From a bacterium (GTDB taxonomy: Bacteria; Zhuqueibacterota; Zhuqueibacteria; Zhuqueibacterales; Zhuqueibacteraceae): a stretch of DNA of 23,731 nt. The position numbers were made by a program, and so were the translations under genes. Shown in pieces: positions 8,301-15,169 of the stretch. The notes below the pieces were generated by a model that had not been told where the DNA came from, ran no database searches, and worked only from the letters and a program-made list of their open reading frames with translations. Location of the stretch: NCBI GenBank assembly GCA_044869275.1, contig JBIOXB010000182.1:1-23731 (forward strand), in the 5' to 3' direction. The first letter of the stretch is position 1. Each line of letters starts with the position of its first letter.

Positions 8301-9923
8301 CTACTCCACCTCAATCACCCGGACCCACCCCGCCGCCAGGCCGCTGCGCACGACACCATCCTGCAAATATTGCAGCGCTCCGGCTTTCCAAGCTTCTTCG
8401 AAACCTTGCGTGATCAGCGTCGTTTCGATGGGAATCCAAAGCGTGTGCTGGCCGCCGGTGTTTTCACGAATGACGTAACGTTTGCTGTTGCTGCTGATGC
8501 TCTCACCCTGCTCGGCGGGTACGCCGGTATCGAACATCACGTACAAATGCGCGAGCGGTTTTTGCGCGTCGTGCACATCGACGAAAGCGGTATTGACTCC
8601 CACGCTTTCCAGCAAAGAAACCACGAGCACCGCGAGGTCATCGCAATCACCGCTGCGCAACGCGAGCGTTTCCGCGGCGAATTGCACGCGATCATCCTGA
8701 TCGAAAGGAATATTCGGATCGCGTTGATAACGAATTTGCAGAGGCGCGAGCGAATCGACAATCGCACGGGCCAAGGGCAAACGGCCGGAGGCGGCTGCGC
8801 CGTGCTCCGCCACTGCCTTTGTCGCCTGGCGCGCCAGCGCCAAAATCTTCTCATCTTCGGGCGTGACAAAAAAAGCCAGTTTGTCTATTTCACCGTTCCA
8901 CGCGTTATGGCCATGCACGATGATCGAAGTGCTGATCTCCTTTTGCGAAGCACCGGCTGCACGCGCTTCGATTTTCAGGTCCAGCACGGCGGTCTCGCGC
9001 TGTCTGGCCGCGCGCAAACGCGAGCCGAAAATCGCCGTCACCGGAATATCTTTGGCCTCGCCTTTTTCGAAGTGCACGAAGCCGCTGTCTTTCGGCCGCT
9101 CGGAGTAGCCGCGAATGAAGCTTTGTACGTTCACGTCGATGGGATAACCCGCGACGTTTTGCACCGTAACCTGCGCGAGCGGGTAGGCGCCATAAAACGG
9201 GGCATAGGCGGGGTAGATATCCGTCACGATCAAGTTGACGCCTTTGATGCGTATCATCTCGGGTTTGCGGCCCCACATAAAGCTAAAGCCGAGCGCGAAC
9301 TCGAGGCCGCTGAATTCCCGGCCGTAGCTCAAGCCGCTGGCGGATTGCACTTTGACATCGACGAACTGATATTTCAACTCGAGATTCAAAGCGCTCCAGC
9401 TCGTCAACACAAAATTCACCCCTCCGCCAAGGTAACCGCCGGTTTGCATTCTGCCTTCGAAAGTGGCCTCCGCACCCGTGGTGTCATCCATGCTGTGAAA
9501 AGAGCTCGTCCAGTAAGGGCCAATGCCGGCCCGAAGATACGGTTGAAGCGAGTTGGTGACCCGGGCCGGAAGCAGATTATAGCGCAAGCCCAAGACAAAG
9601 GGAATGACCGTCGAAACCTCGGTATTCGCCGCCGTTCCCAATGCCGTTTCTGTGCCCCGTATTCTTGCAAAGGCGCCCAGGCTGAAATCCATATACCATT
9701 GCGGGCTGAGGCGCGAAAAATAATTGAGCCAAACGCCCACGCCGTTCACATCGAACGTGCTTTCATGCTCTGAAAAGGAAAGGCGCGAGGAACCGCCATT
9801 CATGTTCCAATAGCTGAGCTGCAGTCCGAGGCCGTTGCCGCGCGCGGCATTTTGCGCGAATGAGGCGGCCTCGCCGCCCACTCCAACCCAGACCAAAAAG
9901 AAGAAATAGATGCTTCGAGGCAT
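8301..9923 (-). CDS. Outer-membrane beta-barrel (OmpA/OmpW-like) fused to Ig-like and transglutaminase-like domains
   Basis: Signal peptide; amphipathic strands (LQPYLRAGIG, GGYLGGGVNF, LNLELKYQF, FALGFSFMWG); C-terminal SGDCDDLAVL, AHLYVMFD and WIPIETT motifs; RBS GAGAGG before ATG 9923. Confidence 0.8.
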   Translation of the reverse strand: MPRSIYFFFLVWVGVGGEAASFAQNAARGNGLGLQLSYWNMNGGSSRLSFSEHESTFDVNGVGVWLNYFSRLSPQWYMDFSLGAFARIRGTETALGTAANTEVSTVIPFVLGLRYNLLPARVTNSLQPYLRAGIGPYWTSSFHSMDDTTGAEATFEGRMQTGGYLGGGVNFVLTSWSALNLELKYQFVDVKVQSASGLSYGREFSGLEFALGFSFMWGRKPEMIRIKGVNLIVTDIYPAYAPFYGAYPLAQVTVQNVAGYPIDVNVQSFIRGYSERPKDSGFVHFEKGEAKDIPVTAIFGSRLRAARQRETAVLDLKIEARAAGASQKEISTSIIVHGHNAWNGEIDKLAFFVTPEDEKILALARQATKAVAEHGAAASGRLPLARAIVDSLAPLQIRYQRDPNIPFDQDDRVQFAAETLALRSGDCDDLAVLVVSLLESVGVNTAFVDVHDAQKPLAHLYVMFDTGVPAEQGESISSNSKRYVIRENTGGQHTLWIPIETTLITQGFEEAWKAGALQYLQDGVVRSGLAAGWVRVIEVE

Positions 9924-10092
9924 GGCCCTCTCACTTTGAACCACTCCAATATAGCTCGGCGCCGATCAAACCACAAGAATTTTGCGCTGGTTTGTGAAGC
10001 GGGCAATCACTACCATTGCTGGTTCAGGGGTGAGATCGGCATTGCAACGTTCGTTTTTCACATAACGGATCGGGTCGTTCTCCCATGATCAT

Positions 10093-10208
10093 TGCCTTGC
10101 CCGCGAGCATCGAATCCAGCCCCGGCCTTTCGCCCGGCCTCCTGGGCCGCTGTTCCTTTATTCTCCATGAACAGGGCTGGCGGCGCCATCATTGGGAGGG
10201 CGAAGGCA
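10093..10208. ncRNA. Candidate structured RNA (nested stems with a three-way junction), unidentified
   Basis: Four nested complementary stem pairs read by eye in a 415-bp intergenic gap (details in findings). Confidence 0.3.
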
Positions 10209-10338
10209 GCTTGTCGATCAAAACTTTTGCGCATGGGCATGGCGCCCGAAGCCTTCCGGCGGCAAAAAAGGTGATTTTGAAGAAGCGCGTTTGCCTGCCC
10301 TTTTGTTATATTGTACCGGAAAAAATAGGAGACACGCC

Positions 10339-10731
10339 ATGTCCAATTCCATCGGTTTCGGCCTTGCCCAAATCGGGCAGATTGCAATCAACGCCCGTGA
10401 TCTAGAGCGCGCCGTGGCTTTCTATCGCGACCGCCTGGGGATGAAGCATTTGTTCACGGTTCCCAAGATGGCATTTTTCGATTGCGGCGGAATCCGGCTG
10501 ATGCTCGGCCTTCCCGAGAAGCCGGAATTCGATCATCCCAGCTCGATCCTGTATTTCAAGGTCGAGGAGATTCAAACCGCGTTTCAAACACTGTCCGCAC
10601 GCGAGGTGCAGTTTGAAGGCCAGCCACACTTGATCGCCAAAATGCCCGATCACGAGCTGTGGATGGCCTTCTTCCGCGATTCGGAAAGCAATCTTCTCGC
10701 TTTGATGAGCGAAGTGCGAGGGAAGCGCTGA
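10339..10731 (+). CDS. VOC/glyoxalase-family protein
   Basis: IGQIAINARDLERAVAFYRDRLG, ILYFKV and AFFRDSESNLLAL motifs; RBS AGGAGA; extended -10 TGnTATATT at 10304-10312. Confidence 0.9.
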   Translation: MSNSIGFGLAQIGQIAINARDLERAVAFYRDRLGMKHLFTVPKMAFFDCGGIRLMLGLPEKPEFDHPSSILYFKVEEIQTAFQTLSAREVQFEGQPHLIAKMPDHELWMAFFRDSESNLLALMSEVRGKR

Positions 10732-10736
10732 AGCGC

Positions 10737-11606
10737 TCAAAACCCCCGCACCCGAATGTCGCCGTTGACGGTCTTGAGCCAAATTCTCCCGGCGCCGTCG
10801 CCCAGTTTGCCGCTGACCGAGGTGCGGGAGGAACTGGAGTTCTGCAAAATCAGATCGATCAGGTTGATCGTGCCGTTGGCCAGCGTGGCCGAAAACTCGG
10901 CAGAGGTGCTGTGCGGGATTTGTAAGTCGATGACGCCGTTGACCGTATTCATCTCGCACGTTGCCCGCGGCGGGAGACTCACTTTGGCGCTGATATTGCC
11001 GTTGACCAGAGCGACTCCGGCGCTGCCCGTGACCTCGTGCAGCACAACATTGCCGTTGGTTAGGCTCCCCGCAAAATTGCCGGCAATATCTTGTGCGATG
11101 ATATTGCCGTTCGTCAAGACCGCGGAAACGCTTTGGGCCAGAGAATCGAGGACGATATTGCCGTTGATGTTTTGAACCGCCGCTTGCCAGTCCAGGGGCA
11201 CGCGCAGGTGATAATTGACCTGCAGCTCCCGGCCGTGATTGTTTTCCGGCTGCACGGTTTCGACGAGGATTTCATTGTTGCCGTCCACCACGCGCACCTG
11301 CAGGTTATTCAAATACGCGCGCGCATCCGCCGTGCTTCGGGAAGTCACGCGCCGTTCCCCCCAGATTTCAACTGCCTGGGCCCCGGCCACGCCCGCCAGA
11401 TCAATATTGCCGTTGATCCCGCGCAGCTCCAGGCGATTTTGCTGCGCCACCTGCAATTCGAATGAGAAAGTTTCGGACGCAGCCGCGTTGCCGCTGGCGT
11501 CGTCCTCGCCAATGATGCTACTGGCGTCGCAGCCGCTCAGGATGGCCATGCAGGCCACCGCCAGCAAGAGCAGGCTGCACCGGATTTGAAGGCATTTCGT
11601 TTTCAT
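10737..11606 (-). CDS. DUF4097/putative-adhesin-type beta-strand repeat lipoprotein
   Basis: Lipobox LSGC; repeated (T/V/I)NG(N/D/V)I units; ends LKTVNGDIRV. Confidence 0.85.
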   Translation of the reverse strand: MKTKCLQIRCSLLLLAVACMAILSGCDASSIIGEDDASGNAAASETFSFELQVAQQNRLELRGINGNIDLAGVAGAQAVEIWGERRVTSRSTADARAYLNNLQVRVVDGNNEILVETVQPENNHGRELQVNYHLRVPLDWQAAVQNINGNIVLDSLAQSVSAVLTNGNIIAQDIAGNFAGSLTNGNVVLHEVTGSAGVALVNGNISAKVSLPPRATCEMNTVNGVIDLQIPHSTSAEFSATLANGTINLIDLILQNSSSSRTSVSGKLGDGAGRIWLKTVNGDIRVRGF

Positions 11607-11662
11607 GGCAAAGCTTCCCTTCTGCTAAAAGATATCATCTGGTCATATCGCGGTCCCGCCGT

Positions 11663-12328
11663 TCAATCTCTCCGCACCGATTTGTAATCTCCCCAGTAAA
11701 ACTGTATGCCCACGGCGTATTCATAACCACTGTGCTCATCATGCGCATTTAAATTCACGAAGTGGTATTTCACATCGAAATTCAAACCGAAGCTGCTGGA
11801 GAGCATAAACTCCATGCCGCCGCCGGCGTAAGCGCCCGGATGCAGCTTGGAAGCGACCGAGACTTCCTCCTCGTAGTTGCGTTCCCGCACGAACACATCC
11901 GCGATCCAATAGGGCCCGGCGCCAAAGGCGATATAGGGCCGCAATGCTGAAGCATTCGCCGGCGACAACAGCGGATGGCGCATCCCCAGCAACACCGGCA
12001 CCACCGCGAGCACGCGCGTGTCTTTTCCTGCGAAATACTCGCGCTGCTCAATCACGCTGGCGGCGCCGCCGAGATGAAGCTCGAGAAACCAGGACTCGCT
12101 GGTGCGCGAAAAAAAATACAGCCATCCGCCCGCGCCGCCGAGATCGACAGTGTCATATTCCGGGCCGTTCTGTATGTGAAAGACAGAGGTGTTGCGGCGC
12201 ATGTCCCAGTAGCTGCCACGCAGGCCAAAGCCGGTGGTCTTGGGTTTGATTTGTGCGAATGCTGCCGTGGCGCTGAGTATGGACAGCATTGCTGCACTCA
12301 AAGCGAAGTATTTCATTGCTGATTTCAT
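11663..12328 (-). CDS. Small outer-membrane beta-barrel protein, paralogue of the barrel in 8301..9923
   Basis: Signal peptide (AAFA); LRPYIAFGAGPYW, GAYAGGGMEF, LNFDVKYHF, VGIQFYWG; RBS AGGGAGG. Confidence 0.85.
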   Translation of the reverse strand: MKSAMKYFALSAAMLSILSATAAFAQIKPKTTGFGLRGSYWDMRRNTSVFHIQNGPEYDTVDLGGAGGWLYFFSRTSESWFLELHLGGAASVIEQREYFAGKDTRVLAVVPVLLGMRHPLLSPANASALRPYIAFGAGPYWIADVFVRERNYEEEVSVASKLHPGAYAGGGMEFMLSSSFGLNFDVKYHFVNLNAHDEHSGYEYAVGIQFYWGDYKSVRRD

Positions 12329-12431
12329 GGTCCGCCTCCCTTTCAGGTTCGTCGCCGAGATGACTCGGTTTAAGCGCTAAGCGTCTCTGCTCCAAATCCT
12401 TAGCGCATGGAGCGTTGACATACTTCAGAAA

Positions 12432-12448
12432 CGCAAGAGGCGTACCAG
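12432..12448 (-). promoter_or_regulatory. Sigma54 -24/-12 promoter for the barrel-DUF4097 unit
   Basis: Minus strand reads CTGGTACGCCTCTTGCG: GG-N10-GC with the TGGYACG and TTGC elements, ~100 nt upstream of ATG 12328. Confidence 0.75.
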
Positions 12449-12525
12449 TTTTTGCGGGGTATGCTTAAGACAAGCGGATATTGATAGTTGAGTCATGAAA
12501 GCGGGAAAAAAAATGCCTTTGTATT

Positions 12526-12560
12526 TGCGGAATAAGCAGGGGTATGCGGAATTTTTCCGC
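12526..12560. promoter_or_regulatory. Candidate upstream activator sites for a bacterial enhancer-binding protein (bEBP)
   Basis: Palindrome GCGGAA-TTT-TTCCGC (12546-12560); TGCGGAAT occurs at both 12526 and 12545; about -105 to -140 from the predicted start site. Confidence 0.5.
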
Positions 12561-12575
12561 GGAGAGGGAATGATT

Positions 12576-12932
12576 CTACAAGGACAGGATGATCGTATGA
12601 AACTCGCCGGGTTGGGATTGCGCCTCACGCCAGACGGCATGCCACCAATGAACGATTATTTCTTTTTCGTGCTGAACACGAAAGATATTCTCATACTCAA
12701 TTCTTTTGGTGGCATTCTTGGCAACGCTGGTGTCGAGATTGAGGTGCGGCGCCCAATTAATATGGGCCGCGGTTTCCCTCCCGACGACGAAATAATAGAC
12801 ACGCGAATCTGTGTGATTGGTGAGGTAAAGGTTCGCGCCGGACATACGCGCTTCGAGGTCTTTTTCATCAGCTTCAAACAGTGCGCACGCTGACAGCGCG
12901 CCGATGAGCATGAGCATCGGTAGAGAACGCAT
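12576..12932 (-). CDS. Small hypothetical lipoprotein (118 aa)
   Basis: Lipobox LSAC; RBS GAGGT; starts 2 nt after the upstream stop; beta-rich sequence. Confidence 0.75.
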   Translation of the reverse strand: MRSLPMLMLIGALSACALFEADEKDLEARMSGANLYLTNHTDSRVYYFVVGRETAAHINWAPHLNLDTSVAKNATKRIEYENIFRVQHEKEIIVHWWHAVWREAQSQPGEFHTIILSL

Positions 12933-12934
12933 AT

Positions 12935-13819
12935 TTACCTCTTGACGATCTGCAGCGGCTGCAAAGCCGTGAAGCCTCCGGGAGCACTCGCCAATTGCGC
13001 GCCCAGGAGATAAGCGCCTTCCAGCCATTCGCCGTTGTTGCCGCGGCCATCCCATGCCGCGCGAAACGTCAAGCTCTCGCCCGGCGCAAGCGTGGTGTAT
13101 TGCATGATCGCGATATAAACTTTGCCGTGCGTGTAGTTCCAGGCATAAGGGGTTTGCAATTCCGCCGGCAGGCGTGGTGCCGCGGCGGCGGGAAGGGCGA
13201 AAAACTCGAACATCTGAACGCCTGAAGCGAGCTGGAGAGCGCGCGCGCGTTGATTCGTCGCCGTCAAGACCAGCTCGACGGTTTGGCCGTGTTGCAAGGA
13301 CTGGCGATCCATGTGGAAAGACAAGACCAGCGCGTTCTGCTTCAAATCATCAATGACGGAATGCAAACGCGCAATAAGGTCCCGCAAATTCGCCGGTGCG
13401 CGGACGTCATCGGCCCCCACGGTTTTCTCGCGGCCCCCGTGTTGAAAGCGAATATGATATATAAACACGTCGGCAGCATTCGGTTCGACATAGCTTTCTT
13501 CCAGATTTAAAAAATCTTTCTCCAGAAAATATGCCACCAAGGCGTCGTACTCTTGTGGCTGCAGCATCGAAACGATTTGCTCGCCGGCATTGGCATCGTC
13601 CATGTAGCGCACGTAGCCATTGCTGGCAATGGACAAATGGCGGCTCACACCGGCGAATCCGCCCTGCATATCCATCGCAACCGTAATCTCGCCGGAAGGG
13701 CCGAAACCAAAAGTCTGTTCCGTCTCAGATTTCGGGGACTCGAAGAGATTGGCCTTTTCACAACCCGGACCAAAAACCATGGCGACAAAAGCGGCGAGGA
13801 ATAAAATGTTTTTCATCAT
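12935..13819 (-). CDS. Lipoprotein with an emfourin-like (GGFAG) domain and a C-terminal BsuPI-like proteinase-inhibitor domain
   Basis: Signal ending GPGC; MQGGFAG and AADVFIYHI; C-terminal LTATN, SGVQMFE, WNY..GK, TLAPGESL, WDG, GAY. Start moved from 14002 to the MMK start. Confidence 0.65.
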   Translation of the reverse strand: MMKNILFLAAFVAMVFGPGCEKANLFESPKSETEQTFGFGPSGEITVAMDMQGGFAGVSRHLSIASNGYVRYMDDANAGEQIVSMLQPQEYDALVAYFLEKDFLNLEESYVEPNAADVFIYHIRFQHGGREKTVGADDVRAPANLRDLIARLHSVIDDLKQNALVLSFHMDRQSLQHGQTVELVLTATNQRARALQLASGVQMFEFFALPAAAAPRLPAELQTPYAWNYTHGKVYIAIMQYTTLAPGESLTFRAAWDGRGNNGEWLEGAYLLGAQLASAPGGFTALQPLQIVKR

Positions 13820-13882
13820 AGCTCTTTCTCGTGACTGACCACGTTGATATTCTCCACAACCTTGTGTGCGTCGGAAAAGATA

Positions 13883-13899
13883 TGCACCGTACCGGTGCA
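13883..13899. promoter_or_regulatory. Perfect TGCACC-N5-GGTGCA palindrome (NtrC-box-like)
   Basis: TGCACCGTACCGGTGCA overlaps the predicted sigma54 start site. Confidence 0.4.
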
Positions 13900-13908
13900 C
13901 TGTCATTA

Positions 13909-13925
13909 TGCAACCACAATGCCAA
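13909..13925 (-). promoter_or_regulatory. Sigma54 -24/-12 promoter for the two-lipoprotein unit
   Basis: Minus strand reads TTGGCATTGTGGTTGCA: GG-N10-GC with TGGCA and TTGCA, ~90 nt upstream of ATG 13819. Confidence 0.75.
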
Positions 13926-14001
13926 ACCTCAATTGGGATGCGAAACTGTTGAAAATCAAAATTCAAATGCCTTGGTGCGGAGGCACGGGAGAGATGAACC
14001 A

Positions 14002-14035
14002 TTCAAATATCAGCGCGGGTGTTCAAAATTTTGAA
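14002..14035. promoter_or_regulatory. Candidate bEBP upstream activator sites
   Basis: Perfect palindrome TTCAAAATTTTGAA (14022-14035) plus half-site TTCAAA at 14002. Confidence 0.45.
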
Positions 14036-14101
14036 GCAGAGCAGCCTGATTCACCGCCATGACCTGCGGGGACGCTCCGGAAGCGGTTTTGCTCATCCTC
14101 C

Positions 14102-15163
14102 TCAAAACCGCAGCTCGAATCCGGAAAAGATTAACACTTTGCGATAAAACAGTCCGCGCACCGGCGTTTCGTTATTGTGATACGCCAGACGCAGCAGCCA
14201 GCTTGTTTCGACAGAGAGCGTGCGGGTGAGATCGAGAACGGCGAGATTGCTTTGTTCGCGCTCGGGATCGAGCTCGGGCAGGGAAACCGGCGAAGAGGGC
14301 ATGAGATAATTCTTGCGCTGCAGCATCAAAGCCGCGCGCAACAGCCAACGCGGTGTGAGATTGCCTCCGAACAGAAAATAAACCTGCACGCGATCGTAGT
14401 CAAAAATATCGCGATTGGAGCGATTGCGTTGCGCTTCCAGCCTCGCGCGCAGAAAAAACTTGCGCCCATAGCTGGCCGCCAGCCGTGCAGTCGTGAGGTC
14501 GTCGCTTTGCGGTGAAGTTTGCAGGATTCCGGCACCGCTCAATATTTGGCGGGCGGGATATTCGAATTGCCGGTGCCAGAGCGCGGTTTCGCACAGCAAG
14601 GTTCCCCCCGGACGGAAGCGCATCGCCACCCAGGCGCCGGTAAAGATGAAATCGAATTCATCACCAATGGCGTAATCGAGCTGGCCGGTTTCTGCCGACA
14701 ATTCCAGTGAAGTGCGCGGCGTGAGCGTTGCCGCCACTCCGGCGACGCCGGTCGTAGTGCCGTAATCCGTAACCTCGTCCAAATAGAGCTTGAGCGTGGC
14801 CTGGCCGCGCGCAAAAATACGCAAGCGTTCCGCGGCCTGCCAAAGCACACCGCCGTTCAGATCATGGAGCAGTTTGTTTTCATTACGATATTCCGGATAA
14901 ACTTGCAAAGCGCCGGCGTAATCGGCGTCGAACCGCCAGCGCGCGGCATTCCTTTCCACGCGCGTCTGAAACAGCATGCGTCCTGCAGTCGTGGCAACGT
15001 TCCGGGTGCTGGATTCGTAGATATTGTCGTCATATTCCACGCCGGCCTGCAAGCGCGGGGAGATCTGCCAGGAAGATTGCGCGTGGTTTTCCGTGGCATG
15101 CCATGAGCAAAAAACGCACGTGAGAAAAATCGAAAATAGCCCCGGCCGCCACGCCTGCTGCAT
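14102..15163 (-). CDS. Outer-membrane beta-barrel protein, large, uncharacterised
   Basis: Signal peptide; N-terminal GVEYDDNIY; alternating amphipathic strands throughout; C-terminal beta-signal GFELRF. Confidence 0.82.
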   Translation of the reverse strand: MQQAWRPGLFSIFLTCVFCSWHATENHAQSSWQISPRLQAGVEYDDNIYESSTRNVATTAGRMLFQTRVERNAARWRFDADYAGALQVYPEYRNENKLLHDLNGGVLWQAAERLRIFARGQATLKLYLDEVTDYGTTTGVAGVAATLTPRTSLELSAETGQLDYAIGDEFDFIFTGAWVAMRFRPGGTLLCETALWHRQFEYPARQILSGAGILQTSPQSDDLTTARLAASYGRKFFLRARLEAQRNRSNRDIFDYDRVQVYFLFGGNLTPRWLLRAALMLQRKNYLMPSSPVSLPELDPEREQSNLAVLDLTRTLSVETSWLLRLAYHNNETPVRGLFYRKVLIFSGFELRF

Positions 15164-15169
15164 CGCCTT

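Noticed and set aside
7365..9773. 802-aa plus-strand ORF
   Set aside because: It is antisense to two well-supported minus-strand genes, has no recognisable motifs or RBS, and long shadow ORFs are common in GC-rich DNA
9959..9973. Sigma54 motif upstream of the barrel-transglutaminase gene
   Set aside because: Only the GG-N10-GC spacing matches; the flanking consensus bases do not
10058..10405. Short ORFs in the divergent intergenic gap
   Set aside because: They overlap the VOC gene start or lack an RBS, and their composition is not protein-like
12495..12893. 132-aa plus-strand ORF
   Set aside because: Antisense to a lipoprotein gene that has a lipobox, an RBS and tight operon coupling
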